Assembly: GCA_035604135.1 (NCBI GenBank)
Contig: DATNJB010000085.1
Location: forward strand, 13,451-77,450
DNA: 64,000 nucleotides
Source: Caulobacteraceae bacterium
GTDB lineage: Bacteria; Pseudomonadota; Alphaproteobacteria; Caulobacterales; Caulobacteraceae
Direction of reading: 5' to 3'
Program-made: the position numbers and the translations under genes
In this document: piece by piece, positions 29,022 through 40,491 of the stretch
How positions within the stretch are numbered: position 1 is the first letter of the stretch
Layout of the letters: the number at the start of each line of letters is the position of its first letter
Notes under the pieces: model-generated
The model's input: the letters and a program-made list of their open reading frames with translations, nothing else
Told to the model about the DNA's origin: nothing
The model's database searches: none

Positions 29022-29079
29022 CGCAGAAAAAAATGCGCCGTCTTCAAGCTCGATTCAGCATGCCCCGCGCATAGTGGCG

Positions 29080-29198
29080 GCATCGTCGGCCGTGGTTCCT
29101 CCCTGTCCCTCCGGCAGCGGCCGACCTTGAGCGAAGGACGTTCCCCTGCGTCCCGGCGGCGGCGCGCTGTCCCTAGTGGCGGTGCGCCGCTTCTTTTT
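29080..29198 (+). ncRNA. Candidate small RNA: three hairpins with C-rich loops and an intrinsic terminator
   Basis: Stems gtcggccg/cggccgac (loop contains ttcctccctgtccctcc), ggacg/cgtcc (loop ttcccctg), gcggcgcgc/gtgcgccgc (tccc) followed by ttcttttt; 5' end is an estimate. Confidence 0.65.
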
Positions 29199-29236
29199 CG
29201 CGTCGACAAAGCGATGCGGGCGGCTATGTCGGGGGC

Positions 29237-30151
29237 GTGGACCAGCCCGCCGTTCAGGGGGCCGCGCAAGGCGTAGGCCATTGGGGGATCAGGCTTTTGA
29301 GCCTGCTCTGGCGGACGCTGGTCCGGATGTGGGGCCGCGACGTCATGCTTTACGTCGGCGGCGTTTCTTTCTTCGCCATGCTGGCGGTGTTCCCGGCGCT
29401 GGCCATCGTGCTCGGCGTCTACTCTGTTCTGCTCACGCCAGAGCAGGCTTTGGCGCAGGCCAGTGCGTTTGCGCAGATCCTGCCGCCCGCCGCGCTGACC
29501 CTCTTCCAGTCCGAGCTCCTGCGCCTCTCGCAGGCTCCAATCCGCGCCATCTCGCTGCAAAGCCTGCTGGCGCTCGTGATTGGCGTCTACGCAGCCCATC
29601 GCAGCTTCAAGGCGCTCTTCGCCGGGCTCTCCTTCATCCACGACGAGGAGACGCCGCGGGGCTTCTTGAGCTTCAACCTCCTGGCCCTGTTCGCGCTCCT
29701 GGCCGCGTTCGTGCTTCTGACCCTGGTCTCCGGCCTCTTCCTCGCGCTCCGCTTCGCCCGCACGGAGCTACACCTGCCCTTGCACCTGGGTTTGTTCTTG
29801 AACGAGTGGACCTGGGCATCCGTGGGCATCAGCATCGGGCTCACGCTGATCTATCGCTACGCCATGTCGAGCGAGCCGGTCTCATGGTGCCTGGCGGCGG
29901 TGGGCGGCGTCGCGGCGGCCGGCCTCTCCCTCGCGGCGTCGTGGGCCAGCGCCGTCTACGTCACGCAGATCGCCAACTTCGGCGCAACCTACGGCTCGAT
30001 CGCCGCGGTCATCGTGCTGCTGATCTGGCTCTCCTGGAACGTGAACGCGATCTTCTTCGGCGCCTCGCTTACAACAGAGATCGAGCTCCTGACCCATCCG
30101 GCGGGACGAAAGCGGCTCAACCACCTGGTCCGCCCGCGGCGGCCTTCCTGA
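29237..30151 (+). CDS. YihY/BrkB family membrane protein
   Basis: SFFAMLAVFP, YVTQIANFGATYGSIAAVIVLLIWL..FFGA. Confidence 0.88.
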   Translation: MDQPAVQGAAQGVGHWGIRLLSLLWRTLVRMWGRDVMLYVGGVSFFAMLAVFPALAIVLGVYSVLLTPEQALAQASAFAQILPPAALTLFQSELLRLSQAPIRAISLQSLLALVIGVYAAHRSFKALFAGLSFIHDEETPRGFLSFNLLALFALLAAFVLLTLVSGLFLALRFARTELHLPLHLGLFLNEWTWASVGISIGLTLIYRYAMSSEPVSWCLAAVGGVAAAGLSLAASWASAVYVTQIANFGATYGSIAAVIVLLIWLSWNVNAIFFGASLTTEIELLTHPAGRKRLNHLVRPRRPS

Positions 30152-30374
30152 CCACGAAAATCAGCGTGCCGGCGTCCTCGGTCGCTTCGATAAGCTCATG
30201 ACCCGCTTCGCGCACGAAGTGGGGAGCATCGATCCGGGCGATCGGATCGTCGGCGATGAGCCGCACCACGTCGCCGGCGCGCATGGCTTCGAGCGCTCGA
30301 CGCAGACGCAGTGTCGGAACGGGACAGCGATGGCCGCGCGCATCGACGGTGAGGGTGGCGGACGAAGCGGCCAT
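30117..30374 (-). CDS. TusA/SirA family sulfur carrier
   Basis: VDARGHRCPVP, IADDP...DAP.F motifs. Confidence 0.88.
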   Translation of the reverse strand: MAASSATLTVDARGHRCPVPTLRLRRALEAMRAGDVVRLIADDPIARIDAPHFVREAGHELIEATEDAGTLIFVVRKAAAGGPGG

Positions 30375-30435
30375 TGGGCGCCTTCCTTTGGCGTGGGCGT
30401 TATTGCCCTCAAGCTCGGCTGGGTCACTCGCAGGC

Positions 30436-31872
30436 ATGGTCAACGAAGACATCATAGAGACGAACGCGCCGGCCAGGCTCGATCGCTTGCCTTGGAGTCG
30501 TTTCCATTGGCTGGTGATCACCGCGCTGGGCGTGGCTTGGATCCTCGACGGGCTCGAGGTGACGCTCGTCGGGGCGCTCTCGGCCGTGCTGGGCGACCAT
30601 CGCGCGCTGGGCTTGAGCGAGAGCCAGGTCGGCCTGACCGCGAGCGCCTACCTGATGGGCGCCATTCTGGGCGCGGTGGTGTTCGGACGGCTGTCCGACG
30701 CGTTCGGGCGACGGCGACTCTTCTTCGTCACGGTCGGCCTCTATCTCGCCGCGACGGTCGCCAGCGGACTCTCCTGGAACTTCGCCACTTTCGCAGCCTG
30801 CCGCTTCCTCACCGGCGCTGGCATCGGGGGCGAGTACGCGGCGATCAATTCGGCGGTACAGGAGTTGATCCCGGCCCGGCGGCGGGGCGTGACCGACCTT
30901 ACGATCAACGGTAGCTATTGGATCGGGGCGGCGCTGGGCGCGCTGGGCTCTCTTGTCGTGCTGAACCCGCGCCTCTTCCCCGTCGCCATTGGCTGGCGCG
31001 TGGCTTTTCTGATCGGCGCCGCGCTCGGCGTCGTCATCGTCGCCATCCGCCGCCTCATCCCCGAGAGCCCCCGCTGGTTGATGACGCACGGCCGGTCGGC
31101 CGAGGCGCGGGCCGTGGTCGACGGGATCGAAGCGCAACTCACCGCCGCCGGCCATCGGCTCGAGCCGCCGGACAGCGCGCCGACGCTCCGCCTGACCGCG
31201 GCCGTTCGAGGCGGCTGGCTCGACATCGCCCGCACGTTGGTCGTGACCTATCCGCGCCGCACGTTCGTCGGCTTGAGCCTGATGGCGAGCCAAGCCTTCT
31301 GCTACAACGCCGTCTTCTTCACCTACGCGTTGATCCTGACCAAGTTCTACGGCGTGCCGGCAGCCGGCGTCGGTTGGTACCTCTTGCCCTTCGCGGTCGG
31401 CAATTTCTTCGGCCCGCTGTTGCTCGGTCACTTCTTCGACAGCCTCGGCCGGCGGCTGATGATCGCAGGGACCTACGCGCTTTCCGGCGTCTTGCTTGCG
31501 GTCACCGGCTGGCTCTTTGCGCACGGCCTGCTCAGCGCCGTCGAGCAGACGGCGGCATGGACGGTGATCTTCTTCTTCGCCTCGGCGGCGGCGAGCGCCG
31601 GCTACCTGACCGTGGGCGAGTCCTTCCCGATCGAGATCCGGGCCGTCGCCATCGCTTTGTTCTACGCGGTCGGCACCGGCATCGGCGGCGTGGCCGCCCC
31701 GGCGGTGTTCGGGCGGCTGATCGAGAACGGCTCGAGGCCTCAGCTCTTCGTGGGTTACCTGGTCGGGGCGGGCGCCATGCTGGCGGCCGCGGCGATCGAG
31801 GGCGCGCTCGGCCTCGATGCCGAGCGCAAGCCGCTTGAAGAGGTCGCCAGGCCGCTTTCGTTGGCGGACTAA
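30436..31872 (+). CDS. MFS transporter (sugar porter-like)
   Basis: RLDRLPWS..H, WILDGLEV, GRLSDAFGRRR, GIGGEYAAIN, PESPRWL. Confidence 0.9.
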   Translation: MVNEDIIETNAPARLDRLPWSRFHWLVITALGVAWILDGLEVTLVGALSAVLGDHRALGLSESQVGLTASAYLMGAILGAVVFGRLSDAFGRRRLFFVTVGLYLAATVASGLSWNFATFAACRFLTGAGIGGEYAAINSAVQELIPARRRGVTDLTINGSYWIGAALGALGSLVVLNPRLFPVAIGWRVAFLIGAALGVVIVAIRRLIPESPRWLMTHGRSAEARAVVDGIEAQLTAAGHRLEPPDSAPTLRLTAAVRGGWLDIARTLVVTYPRRTFVGLSLMASQAFCYNAVFFTYALILTKFYGVPAAGVGWYLLPFAVGNFFGPLLLGHFFDSLGRRLMIAGTYALSGVLLAVTGWLFAHGLLSAVEQTAAWTVIFFFASAAASAGYLTVGESFPIEIRAVAIALFYAVGTGIGGVAAPAVFGRLIENGSRPQLFVGYLVGAGAMLAAAAIEGALGLDAERKPLEEVARPLSLAD

Positions 31873-32594
31873 GCGAAGACGCTGGCCACCTCGGAGGCGA
31901 TCCCGTCCTTCGCGCGCCGAAGGGTCACGTAGACCACCGCCGAACCGACCGCGCCAATTCCGTAGACGATGCTGGAAATGAAGACGCCGACCAGGGTCGA
32001 CGCGACGAGCTGCAGGCCAGCGGCTCCCTGCGTCAGGCCGACCACGAGCGCCAGGAGGCTGAAGAGCAGGACCGCTCCGGCCACGTATAGGGCTAGCAGA
32101 CCACCGAGCAGCCAGCGGTGTCCTTGTGTCAGCCGCCACGCACGGCCCAGCGACGCGGTGACGCCGAATTGTTCGGCGACCACGACCGCGGTCAACGGCA
32201 TCCAGGCGGTCATCAGGAAGAGACCAGGCAGGATAAGGGCGATCAATCCGCCCAGCACCGCCAGCCCGCTCAGGATGTTCGCGCCAAACAGGACGCCGAA
32301 ACGGCCCGCGGCCGCCGAAAACGCCGCCTGGGCTCCGATCGGTGCTTCGCCGGCCAGCTCGTAGTAGACGATCAGAGCGACGCTGCCGAAGTAGAAGGCG
32401 CTCAGCACGCTCGACGCGATGTTCAATCCCGAATTCAGCGACGCGGGCAGTAAGGCGATAACAAGATCTGGCGCGCAGACCAGGAGCAGCGTCAGGACGC
32501 CGATGCCGGCAAAGCGCCGGCCGATGATCGCGAACGTCCGCGAGACGATCCAGCCAAGGTTCGGCGTCGCTGCGACGCCGCCTGCAATGCTCAT
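31869..32594 (-). CDS. Integral membrane protein of unknown function (YciC-like)
   Basis: Several TM segments; LILPGL...E..G...SLGRAW.LT.G pattern. Confidence 0.6.
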   Translation of the reverse strand: MSIAGGVAATPNLGWIVSRTFAIIGRRFAGIGVLTLLLVCAPDLVIALLPASLNSGLNIASSVLSAFYFGSVALIVYYELAGEAPIGAQAAFSAAAGRFGVLFGANILSGLAVLGGLIALILPGLFLMTAWMPLTAVVVAEQFGVTASLGRAWRLTQGHRWLLGGLLALYVAGAVLLFSLLALVVGLTQGAAGLQLVASTLVGVFISSIVYGIGAVGSAVVYVTLRRAKDGIASEVASVFA

Positions 32595-32610
32595 GTCTTG
32601 GTCCAAACCA

Positions 32611-33936
32611 TCAGCCCGGATCTTCCAGGTTGAACTGGTCCACGTCCTCGTGGAAGGCGAACACCTCGGCGTAGCGGCCCCAGGTGATCACCGCGTCGAG
32701 CGTCTCCTCGGCGTAGGTCTCGCTCATGAAGTCCTCGAGCTCGTCGCGGAAGCGCCGGGCCGGTGCCTGGTGCGAGGCGCGGTCGTCGAGCACGCGGCGA
32801 ATGTGGGCGGCGAGCGGCACGTAGGTCAGTAGATGCTGGGCGAACAGCTGCTTGCGCTCGTCGACGTCGGCGTTGGCGTAACGCCGCCCGGCGGGGCTCA
32901 GCCGGATCGTGCGTCCGTCGATCTCCGCAAAGCGCATCAGCTGCAGCGTTTCGGCGATCGGCAACAGCTCGTCGGCCTCTAGCTGCAGATCGTTGGCCAG
33001 ATCCGGCAGCTCGGCCTTGCCGTTGTTCGGCGGCGCGAACACCGACTCGATCATGCCGTTCAGCGTGTTGGTCGATATATGGGTCAACGCCATGCCGATG
33101 CCGGTGCCGGCAAAGCCGGTGACGGCATGGACCGCCGCCGTGGTCGGACGCGCGGTCATGCGCGCGTAGATGTCGTCGACCAGTGCGCGAAAGGCGGGAT
33201 CGAGGCGCTTCCTGGGCTGCGGCAGGTCGACCTTGATCTCGGCGATGATGTGGCCCGGATTGGAAGCGAACACGCAAATGCGGTCGCACATCAAGACCGC
33301 CTCCTCGATGTTGTGCGTCACCATCAGGATCGAGCGGATCGGCATGCGGCCCTCGCACCAGAGGTCCAGAAGGTCGGTGCGCAGCGTCTCCGCCGTCAGC
33401 ACGTCGAGCGCCGAGAAGGGTTCGTCCATCAGCAAGACCGAGGGCTGTACGACCAGCGCGCGGGCAAGGCCTACCCGCTGACGCATGCCGCCGGAGAGCT
33501 CCTTCGGATAGGCGCTCTCGAAGCCGTCGAGGCCGATCAGGTCGATGGCGGCAATGGCGCGCTTGCGCCGCTCATCCGGTGCGATGCCTTGCGCCTCCAG
33601 TCCAAGCTCGACGTTCTGCAGCACCGTCAGCCAGGGAAACAGGGCGAAGCTCTGGAACACCATGGCCACGCCGTGGGCGGCGTCGTCGCCGGGGATGTCC
33701 CGCACCATGACCGTGCCCTCGGTCGGCCGGATCAAGCCGGAGATGGCGCGCAGCAAAGTCGATTTGCCTGACCCGGAGCGGCCCAGCAGGCCCACGATCT
33801 CGTTCGGCTTCAGCGTCAAGTCGACGTGGTCGAGCACGAGCAGGTTGGCGCCGGCGCCCTTGCCATAGACGTGGCGCAGGTCGCGGACCTCGACCAGGTT
33901 CACGTCGTCGCGGGCGGGCGCCTCGAGCACGGTCAT
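32611..33936 (-). CDS. NitT/TauT family ABC ATPase with C-terminal extension
   Basis: GRSGSGKS, ELSGGMRQRVG, MDEPFSALD; long C-terminal domain ending WGRYAE.F.F. Confidence 0.9.
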   Translation of the reverse strand: MTVLEAPARDDVNLVEVRDLRHVYGKGAGANLLVLDHVDLTLKPNEIVGLLGRSGSGKSTLLRAISGLIRPTEGTVMVRDIPGDDAAHGVAMVFQSFALFPWLTVLQNVELGLEAQGIAPDERRKRAIAAIDLIGLDGFESAYPKELSGGMRQRVGLARALVVQPSVLLMDEPFSALDVLTAETLRTDLLDLWCEGRMPIRSILMVTHNIEEAVLMCDRICVFASNPGHIIAEIKVDLPQPRKRLDPAFRALVDDIYARMTARPTTAAVHAVTGFAGTGIGMALTHISTNTLNGMIESVFAPPNNGKAELPDLANDLQLEADELLPIAETLQLMRFAEIDGRTIRLSPAGRRYANADVDERKQLFAQHLLTYVPLAAHIRRVLDDRASHQAPARRFRDELEDFMSETYAEETLDAVITWGRYAEVFAFHEDVDQFNLEDPG

Positions 33937-33949
33937 GGCGGGCTTTCCT

Positions 33950-35698
33950 CTAGTCCAGGCGAAGGCGCCGCGCGGCGAAACCGTAGAGCGGCCGCCAGAG
34001 CGTGCGGTTGATGATGATGACGAACACCGACATTGCCGCGATGCCGAGGGCGACGCGCGGATAGTCGCCGGCCGTCGTCGCGTCGGCAATATAGGAACCG
34101 AGGCCGGCCGCTTCGATCTTTGTGTGGTTCCAGGTGACCACCTCGGCGACCACACTCGCGTTCCAGGAACCCCCCGAGGCGGTCAGGGCGCCGGTAACGT
34201 AATAGGGGAAGATGCCGGGCAGGGCGACCTGGCGCCACCACTGCCAGCGGCGCACGTGGAAGATCGAGGCCGCTTCCTTCAGGTCGGTTGGCAGGACGCT
34301 GGCGCCGGCGATGACGTTGAACAGGATGTACCACTGGGTGCCGAGGATCATCAGCGGCGAGAGCCAGATGTTGGGCACAAGGTGCAGCGCCACGATGAGG
34401 CCGACGGCGATCGGGAAGAGCACGTTGGCGGGGAAGGCGGCGAGGAACTGGGCGATCGGCTGCACCCGCTCAGTCCAGGCGGGACGAAGGCCGATCCATA
34501 CCCCGATGGGAACCCAGATCAGGCTGGCGATGGCGATCAGCACCAGCACGCGGGTGAGCGTGATCAGGCCCAAGCCGAACGCGACGACGGCGTCATGCAG
34601 CGTCAGCGTCTCGCTGACATAGCGATAAACCAGCCAGGCGCCGGCAAGCGCGGCGACGATGACTACAGCGAACCAGATCCAGTCGAGCGCACGGGAGACG
34701 CGGGGGTCGAACGGCGGCGGTGGCTGAATCCTGATCCCGGGGAGGGGTGGCAGGTTTGTCAGCGTGCGGGACACGGGGCGAAAGAGACGCGGGATGAGCC
34801 GCATCCGCTTCAAGAGCTCGAAGAACCAGGACCTCGGCGGATCCTGTGAGGCGGTCTGCTCGACGCGGAACTTGTCGGCCCAGGCGACGATCGGGCGAAA
34901 CAGCAGCTGGTCGTAGAGGAAGATCACAACCGCCATGGTCGCCACCGCCCAGACGACGGCGCGGGTGTCGCCGCGCTCGCCCGCCAGCGCCAGCCATGAC
35001 CCGATGCCGGGCAAGGTGACGGTGGTGTTGCCGACCGTGATCGCCTCGGACAACACGACGAAGAACCATGCGCCGGACATCGACATCATCGTGTTCCACA
35101 CGAGCGCCGGCGTCGCGAACGGCAGCTCGAGCCGCCAGAAGCGACCCCAGGGCGAGAGCCCAAACCCGCGCGCGGCCTCGTCCAGGTCGGCGGGGAGGGT
35201 CTTCAGCGACTGGTAGAAGCTGAACGCCATGTTCCACGCCTGGGCGGTGAAGACGGCGAAGATGGCGGCGGCCTCCGCCCCCAGCTCGTTGCCGGGGAAC
35301 AGGTTCATGAAAAAGGTCACCGTGAAGGTCAGGAAACCGAAGACCGGTATCGACTGCAGGATGTCGAGCGCCGGAATGATCACCAGTTCGGCTTTGCGGC
35401 TTTTCGCTGCCAGCGTCGCGACCACGAAGGTGAAAAGCAGCGAGCCCGCCAGCGCCGCGAACATGCGCAGGACCGTGAGCAGGGCATAGCCAGGCAGCCG
35501 AGTCGGATCGAGCGTGACCGGCGCGATCTGCAGGGCGGTCAGAGGGCGGCCCATCTGCTGCGCGCCGTGCACCACCAGCACCGCGATGCCTGCGATCATG
35601 AAGATGGTGACGAGGTCGCCGCGGGTCGGTGTGAACTGCCGCCGCGCGAAGCGGGCGAGCAGCGCCGGGCTCATGCGCTCGGGGAACTGAAAAGACAT
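33950..35698 (-). CDS. NitT/TauT family ABC permease (duplicated transmembrane domains)
   Basis: DILQSIPV, WNMAFSFYQSL, QFLAAFPAN, QWYILFNVIAGA. Confidence 0.88.
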   Translation of the reverse strand: MSFQFPERMSPALLARFARRQFTPTRGDLVTIFMIAGIAVLVVHGAQQMGRPLTALQIAPVTLDPTRLPGYALLTVLRMFAALAGSLLFTFVVATLAAKSRKAELVIIPALDILQSIPVFGFLTFTVTFFMNLFPGNELGAEAAAIFAVFTAQAWNMAFSFYQSLKTLPADLDEAARGFGLSPWGRFWRLELPFATPALVWNTMMSMSGAWFFVVLSEAITVGNTTVTLPGIGSWLALAGERGDTRAVVWAVATMAVVIFLYDQLLFRPIVAWADKFRVEQTASQDPPRSWFFELLKRMRLIPRLFRPVSRTLTNLPPLPGIRIQPPPPFDPRVSRALDWIWFAVVIVAALAGAWLVYRYVSETLTLHDAVVAFGLGLITLTRVLVLIAIASLIWVPIGVWIGLRPAWTERVQPIAQFLAAFPANVLFPIAVGLIVALHLVPNIWLSPLMILGTQWYILFNVIAGASVLPTDLKEAASIFHVRRWQWWRQVALPGIFPYYVTGALTASGGSWNASVVAEVVTWNHTKIEAAGLGSYIADATTAGDYPRVALGIAAMSVFVIIINRTLWRPLYGFAARRLRLD

Positions 35699-35807
35699 GA
35701 GCCGGCCCTCGCGTCGCAGGTGCTGGTAAGCACCGCCACGCACATTTGTCCATCACGCCGCCGTGACAGCGCCTAAAGGCGCGTTTGGATCAGTCAGATC
35801 CGGGCTT

Positions 35808-36764
35808 TCACGCCGTCGCGGCCTGATGCTCGAGGAACCAGCGATAGGCGTCGGCCAGGCCCTCGGCCAGCGGGATGCGCCGCCGCCACCCCAGCGCCTC
35901 GAGTTTGCCGCAGTCCAGCCGCTTGCGCGGCGTGCCGTCCGGCTTGGTCAGGTCGTGCACGATCTCGGCATCGAGGCCCACCGCCGCGCCGATCATATTG
36001 GCGAGCTCGAGGATCGAGACCTCGTCGCCCGTGCCGACGTTCACGTGGCCCTCGCCCGAATAGCGCGTCATCAGGAAGACGAGCGCGTCGGCGCAATCAT
36101 CGGCGTGCAGGAACTCGCGCAAGGGCGCGCCGGTGCCCCAGACGGTCAGCGTCCGCTCGCCCTTGGCCTTGGCCTCGTGCGCCTTGCGCAAGAGCGCCGC
36201 CAGCGCGTGCGAGGAGGCCAGATCGTAGTTGTCGCCCGGCCCGTAGAGGTTGGTCGGCATCGCGGCGATGAAGTCGCAGCCATATTGGCGTCGGTAGGCC
36301 TGCGCCATCTTCAGGCCAGCGATCTTGGCGATCGCGTACCATTCGTTGGTGGGCTCGAGCGGCCCGGTGAGCAGCGCTTCCTCGGCGATCGGCTGTGGAG
36401 CAAACTTCGGGTAGATGCAGCTCGAGCCCAGGAACAGCAGCTTGGCGACGCCGGCCAGACGCGCGCCTTCGATTACATTGGTCTGGATGGCCAGATTGTC
36501 GTGCAGGAACTCCGCCGGATAGTTTTCGTTCGCCAGGATGCCGCCCACCTTGGCGGCGGCAAGGAAGATCGCGTCCGGGCGGGCGTCGGCCATCCAGGCC
36601 TGCGTCGACGCTTGCCGCCTCAGGTCGAGGTCGGCGCGACTTACGGTCAAAATCTCGCAGTCCTCGCGCGCCAGCCGCCGCACCAGCGCCTGGCCTACCA
36701 TGCCGCCGTGGCCGGCCACCCACACGCGCTTGCCCTTGAGCGGGAACACCGCCTCAGTCGGCAT
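35808..36764 (-). CDS. fcl: GDP-L-fucose synthase
   Basis: [43 protein letters not shown]. Confidence 0.96.
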   Translation of the reverse strand: MPTEAVFPLKGKRVWVAGHGGMVGQALVRRLAREDCEILTVSRADLDLRRQASTQAWMADARPDAIFLAAAKVGGILANENYPAEFLHDNLAIQTNVIEGARLAGVAKLLFLGSSCIYPKFAPQPIAEEALLTGPLEPTNEWYAIAKIAGLKMAQAYRRQYGCDFIAAMPTNLYGPGDNYDLASSHALAALLRKAHEAKAKGERTLTVWGTGAPLREFLHADDCADALVFLMTRYSGEGHVNVGTGDEVSILELANMIGAAVGLDAEIVHDLTKPDGTPRKRLDCGKLEALGWRRRIPLAEGLADAYRWFLEHQAATA

Positions 36765-37830
36765 TGCGCCGCTCTTCCTTCGGCACCACGACCATATCCT
36801 CTGCGACCATCTCCTCGCAGAGCGCGCGCCAGTTGGTCTCGTACTGCCAGCCGAGCTTGGCCTTCGCCTTCGAGGCGTCGCCGATCAGCAAATCGACCTC
36901 GGTCGGGCGGAAGTAGCGCGGATCGACCTCCACCAGCACCCGGCCGCTCCTGGCGTCCAGCCCCTGTTCCTCGACCCCTCGACCTCGCCATTCGATGGCG
37001 ATGTCGGTCTGGGCGAAGGCGTGGGCGACGAAATCGCGCACCAGCGTGGTCTCGCCGGTCGCCAGCACGTAGTCGTCAGGCTCGTCCTGCTGCAGCATCA
37101 GCCACATGCCGCGCACGTACTCCCGCGCATGGCCCCAGTCGCGCTTGGCGTCGAGGTTGCCCAGGTAGAGCTTGTCCTGCAGCCCGTGGTGGATGGCGGC
37201 GACCGCGCGGGTGATCTTGCGCGTCACGAAGGTTTCGCCGCGCAGCGGACTCTCGTGGTTGAACAGGATCCCGTTCGACGCGTGCAGCCCGTACGCCTCG
37301 CGGTAGTTCACGACGATCCAGTAGGCATAGAGCTTTGCCGCGCCGTAGGGGCTGCGCGGGTAGAAGGGCGTGGTCTCGTTCTGCGGCGAGGCCTGCACTT
37401 TGCCGTACAACTCCGACGTCGAGGCCTGGTAGAAGCGCGTCTTGCGCTCAAGCCCGAGGATGCGGATCGACTCGAGCAGCCTGAGCGTGCCGACCGCGTC
37501 GGCGTTGGCCGTATATTCCGGCGTCTCGAAGCTCACCTGCACATGGCTCTGGGCGGCCAGATTGTAGATCTCGTCGGGTTGGACCTGCTGGACGATCCGG
37601 ATGAGGTTCGTCGAGTCGGTCATGTCGCCGTAGTGCAGGATGAAGCGCTGATTGCGCTCGTGCGGGTCCTGGTAGAGGTGCTCGATCCGTCCGGTGTTGA
37701 ACGAGGACGAGCGGCGCTTGATGCCGTGGACGATGTAGCCTTTGTCCAACAACAGCTGCGACAGGTAGGCGCCGTCCTGGCCGGTGACCCCGGTGACGAG
37801 CGCAATTTTGCCGTTGCCGTCATTTTGCAT
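36754..37830 (-). CDS. gmd: GDP-mannose 4,6-dehydratase
   Basis: [43 protein letters not shown]. Confidence 0.97.
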   Translation of the reverse strand: MQNDGNGKIALVTGVTGQDGAYLSQLLLDKGYIVHGIKRRSSSFNTGRIEHLYQDPHERNQRFILHYGDMTDSTNLIRIVQQVQPDEIYNLAAQSHVQVSFETPEYTANADAVGTLRLLESIRILGLERKTRFYQASTSELYGKVQASPQNETTPFYPRSPYGAAKLYAYWIVVNYREAYGLHASNGILFNHESPLRGETFVTRKITRAVAAIHHGLQDKLYLGNLDAKRDWGHAREYVRGMWLMLQQDEPDDYVLATGETTLVRDFVAHAFAQTDIAIEWRGRGVEEQGLDARSGRVLVEVDPRYFRPTEVDLLIGDASKAKAKLGWQYETNWRALCEEMVAEDMVVVPKEERRNAD

Positions 37831-37869
37831 GTCGGCAAGCTATCGCGTCGCTGGAAGCCGGAGCAAGCG

Positions 37870-38211
37870 ATGACCCGAGACGACATCCGCCGCCTGGCGC
37901 TCATGCTTCCGGAAGCGGAGGAGGCCGGCCACCATGGCATTCCCTCGTTCCGCGTGGGGGGGAAGATCTTCTCGACCATCCACATCGAGCATCCGCGGAT
38001 GATGGTGAAGCTCGCGCCCGAGGATCAGCACAATCTGAGCGCGGCGCATCCAGGGGTGGTCGAGCCGGTCCCGGGGTATTGGGGCCGCAAGGGCTCGACG
38101 TTCATTTTCTTCGAGTCGGCCGACGAGGCGCTGGCTAGGCTCGCGCTCGACCTGGCATGGCCGACCGTGGTCCCGAGCCGCTTGCTGCGCAGGGTCGAGG
38201 CCACTAGTTGA
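37870..38211 (+). CDS. MmcQ/YjbR family protein
   Basis: ALMLPEAEE..HHGIPSFRVGGKIF, YWGRKGST. Confidence 0.85.
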   Translation: MTRDDIRRLALMLPEAEEAGHHGIPSFRVGGKIFSTIHIEHPRMMVKLAPEDQHNLSAAHPGVVEPVPGYWGRKGSTFIFFESADEALARLALDLAWPTVVPSRLLRRVEATS

Positions 38212-38413
38212 CGGCGCAGAAATCCTTGTCGGGAAGGCAGCGCTTTCCGCACTGGAAGTAGCCCTTGGGGCAGGGCGGCGGGAGCTGACACACCTTGTCC
38301 CGCGCGATGCACTTGTTCCCGCAAGGCTTGCTGTTCAAGCAGCTGATCGCTGCGGCTGGCGAGGCGGACAGAACGAGTCCGAGCGCAGCGATCATGACGA
38401 ACGTATGCCGCAC
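38204..38413 (-). CDS. Small secreted cysteine-rich peptide (signal peptide plus two 4-Cys modules)
   Basis: MRHTFVMIAALGLVLSASPAAA then ISCLNSKPCGNKCIARDKVC-QLPPP-CPKGYFQCGKRCLPDKDFCAVN; GGAGG RBS before GTG 38413. Confidence 0.75.
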   Translation of the reverse strand: MRHTFVMIAALGLVLSASPAAAISCLNSKPCGNKCIARDKVCQLPPPCPKGYFQCGKRCLPDKDFCAVN

Positions 38414-38600
38414 TGCGGTTCCTCCGCGTCTCTCTGTCGCCCGCACCTTCATCCCGGCCCGCCGAACTGGCAACAGCTCAGCGACATCGCCAAGTACTGC
38501 GCTTCCTTGAATCGGCAGGCGGTTTCGGGCATAGACGCCGGCTCACGCGAGCGACCCTGGTCGCCTGCCCCCCCTTCAAGTCGACCAAGAAGCGCAATCC

Positions 38601-40107
<1,507 letters not shown>

Positions 40108-40114
40108 GGCCGCA

Positions 40115-40129
40115 TCAACCCTTCATTAA
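40115..40129. promoter_or_regulatory. CtrA box candidate upstream of ftsB
   Basis: TCAA-cccttca-TTAA, one mismatch to TTAA-N7-TTAA. Confidence 0.55.
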
Positions 40130-40155
40130 GCACGCGGCTGCAGCCTAACGCCGCC

Positions 40156-40452
40156 ATGCGCCGGACGCTCAGATCCTACATCCCGACCGCCGTTCTGGCG
40201 GGGCTCATCTTCTATTTTGGCTTCCAGGCCTTCACCGGCGACCGAGGCCTGCTCGAGCGCGCCGAGCGCAACGCTATCCTCGCCGAGAAGACCCAGGAGC
40301 TCGCGAAGCTGGACGCCCAGCGGCAGGATCTGGAGCGCGAGGCGCGCCTCCTGCGCGACGACAGCCTCTCGGCCGACCTTCTCGACGAGCGCGCCCGTTC
40401 CCTCCTAGGCTTGGCCGACCCCAGGGACTATGTGATCCGCACCGACCGCTGA
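40156..40452 (+). CDS. ftsB: Septum formation initiator FtsB/DivIC
   Basis: TM then GDRGL, coiled coil, DLLDERAR..LGL..P.DYVI; follows eno. Confidence 0.85.
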   Translation: MRRTLRSYIPTAVLAGLIFYFGFQAFTGDRGLLERAERNAILAEKTQELAKLDAQRQDLEREARLLRDDSLSADLLDERARSLLGLADPRDYVIRTDR

Positions 40453-40491
40453 GCGTTTGCGACTCGGATGGTGGCTGAATCTGGGACGACA

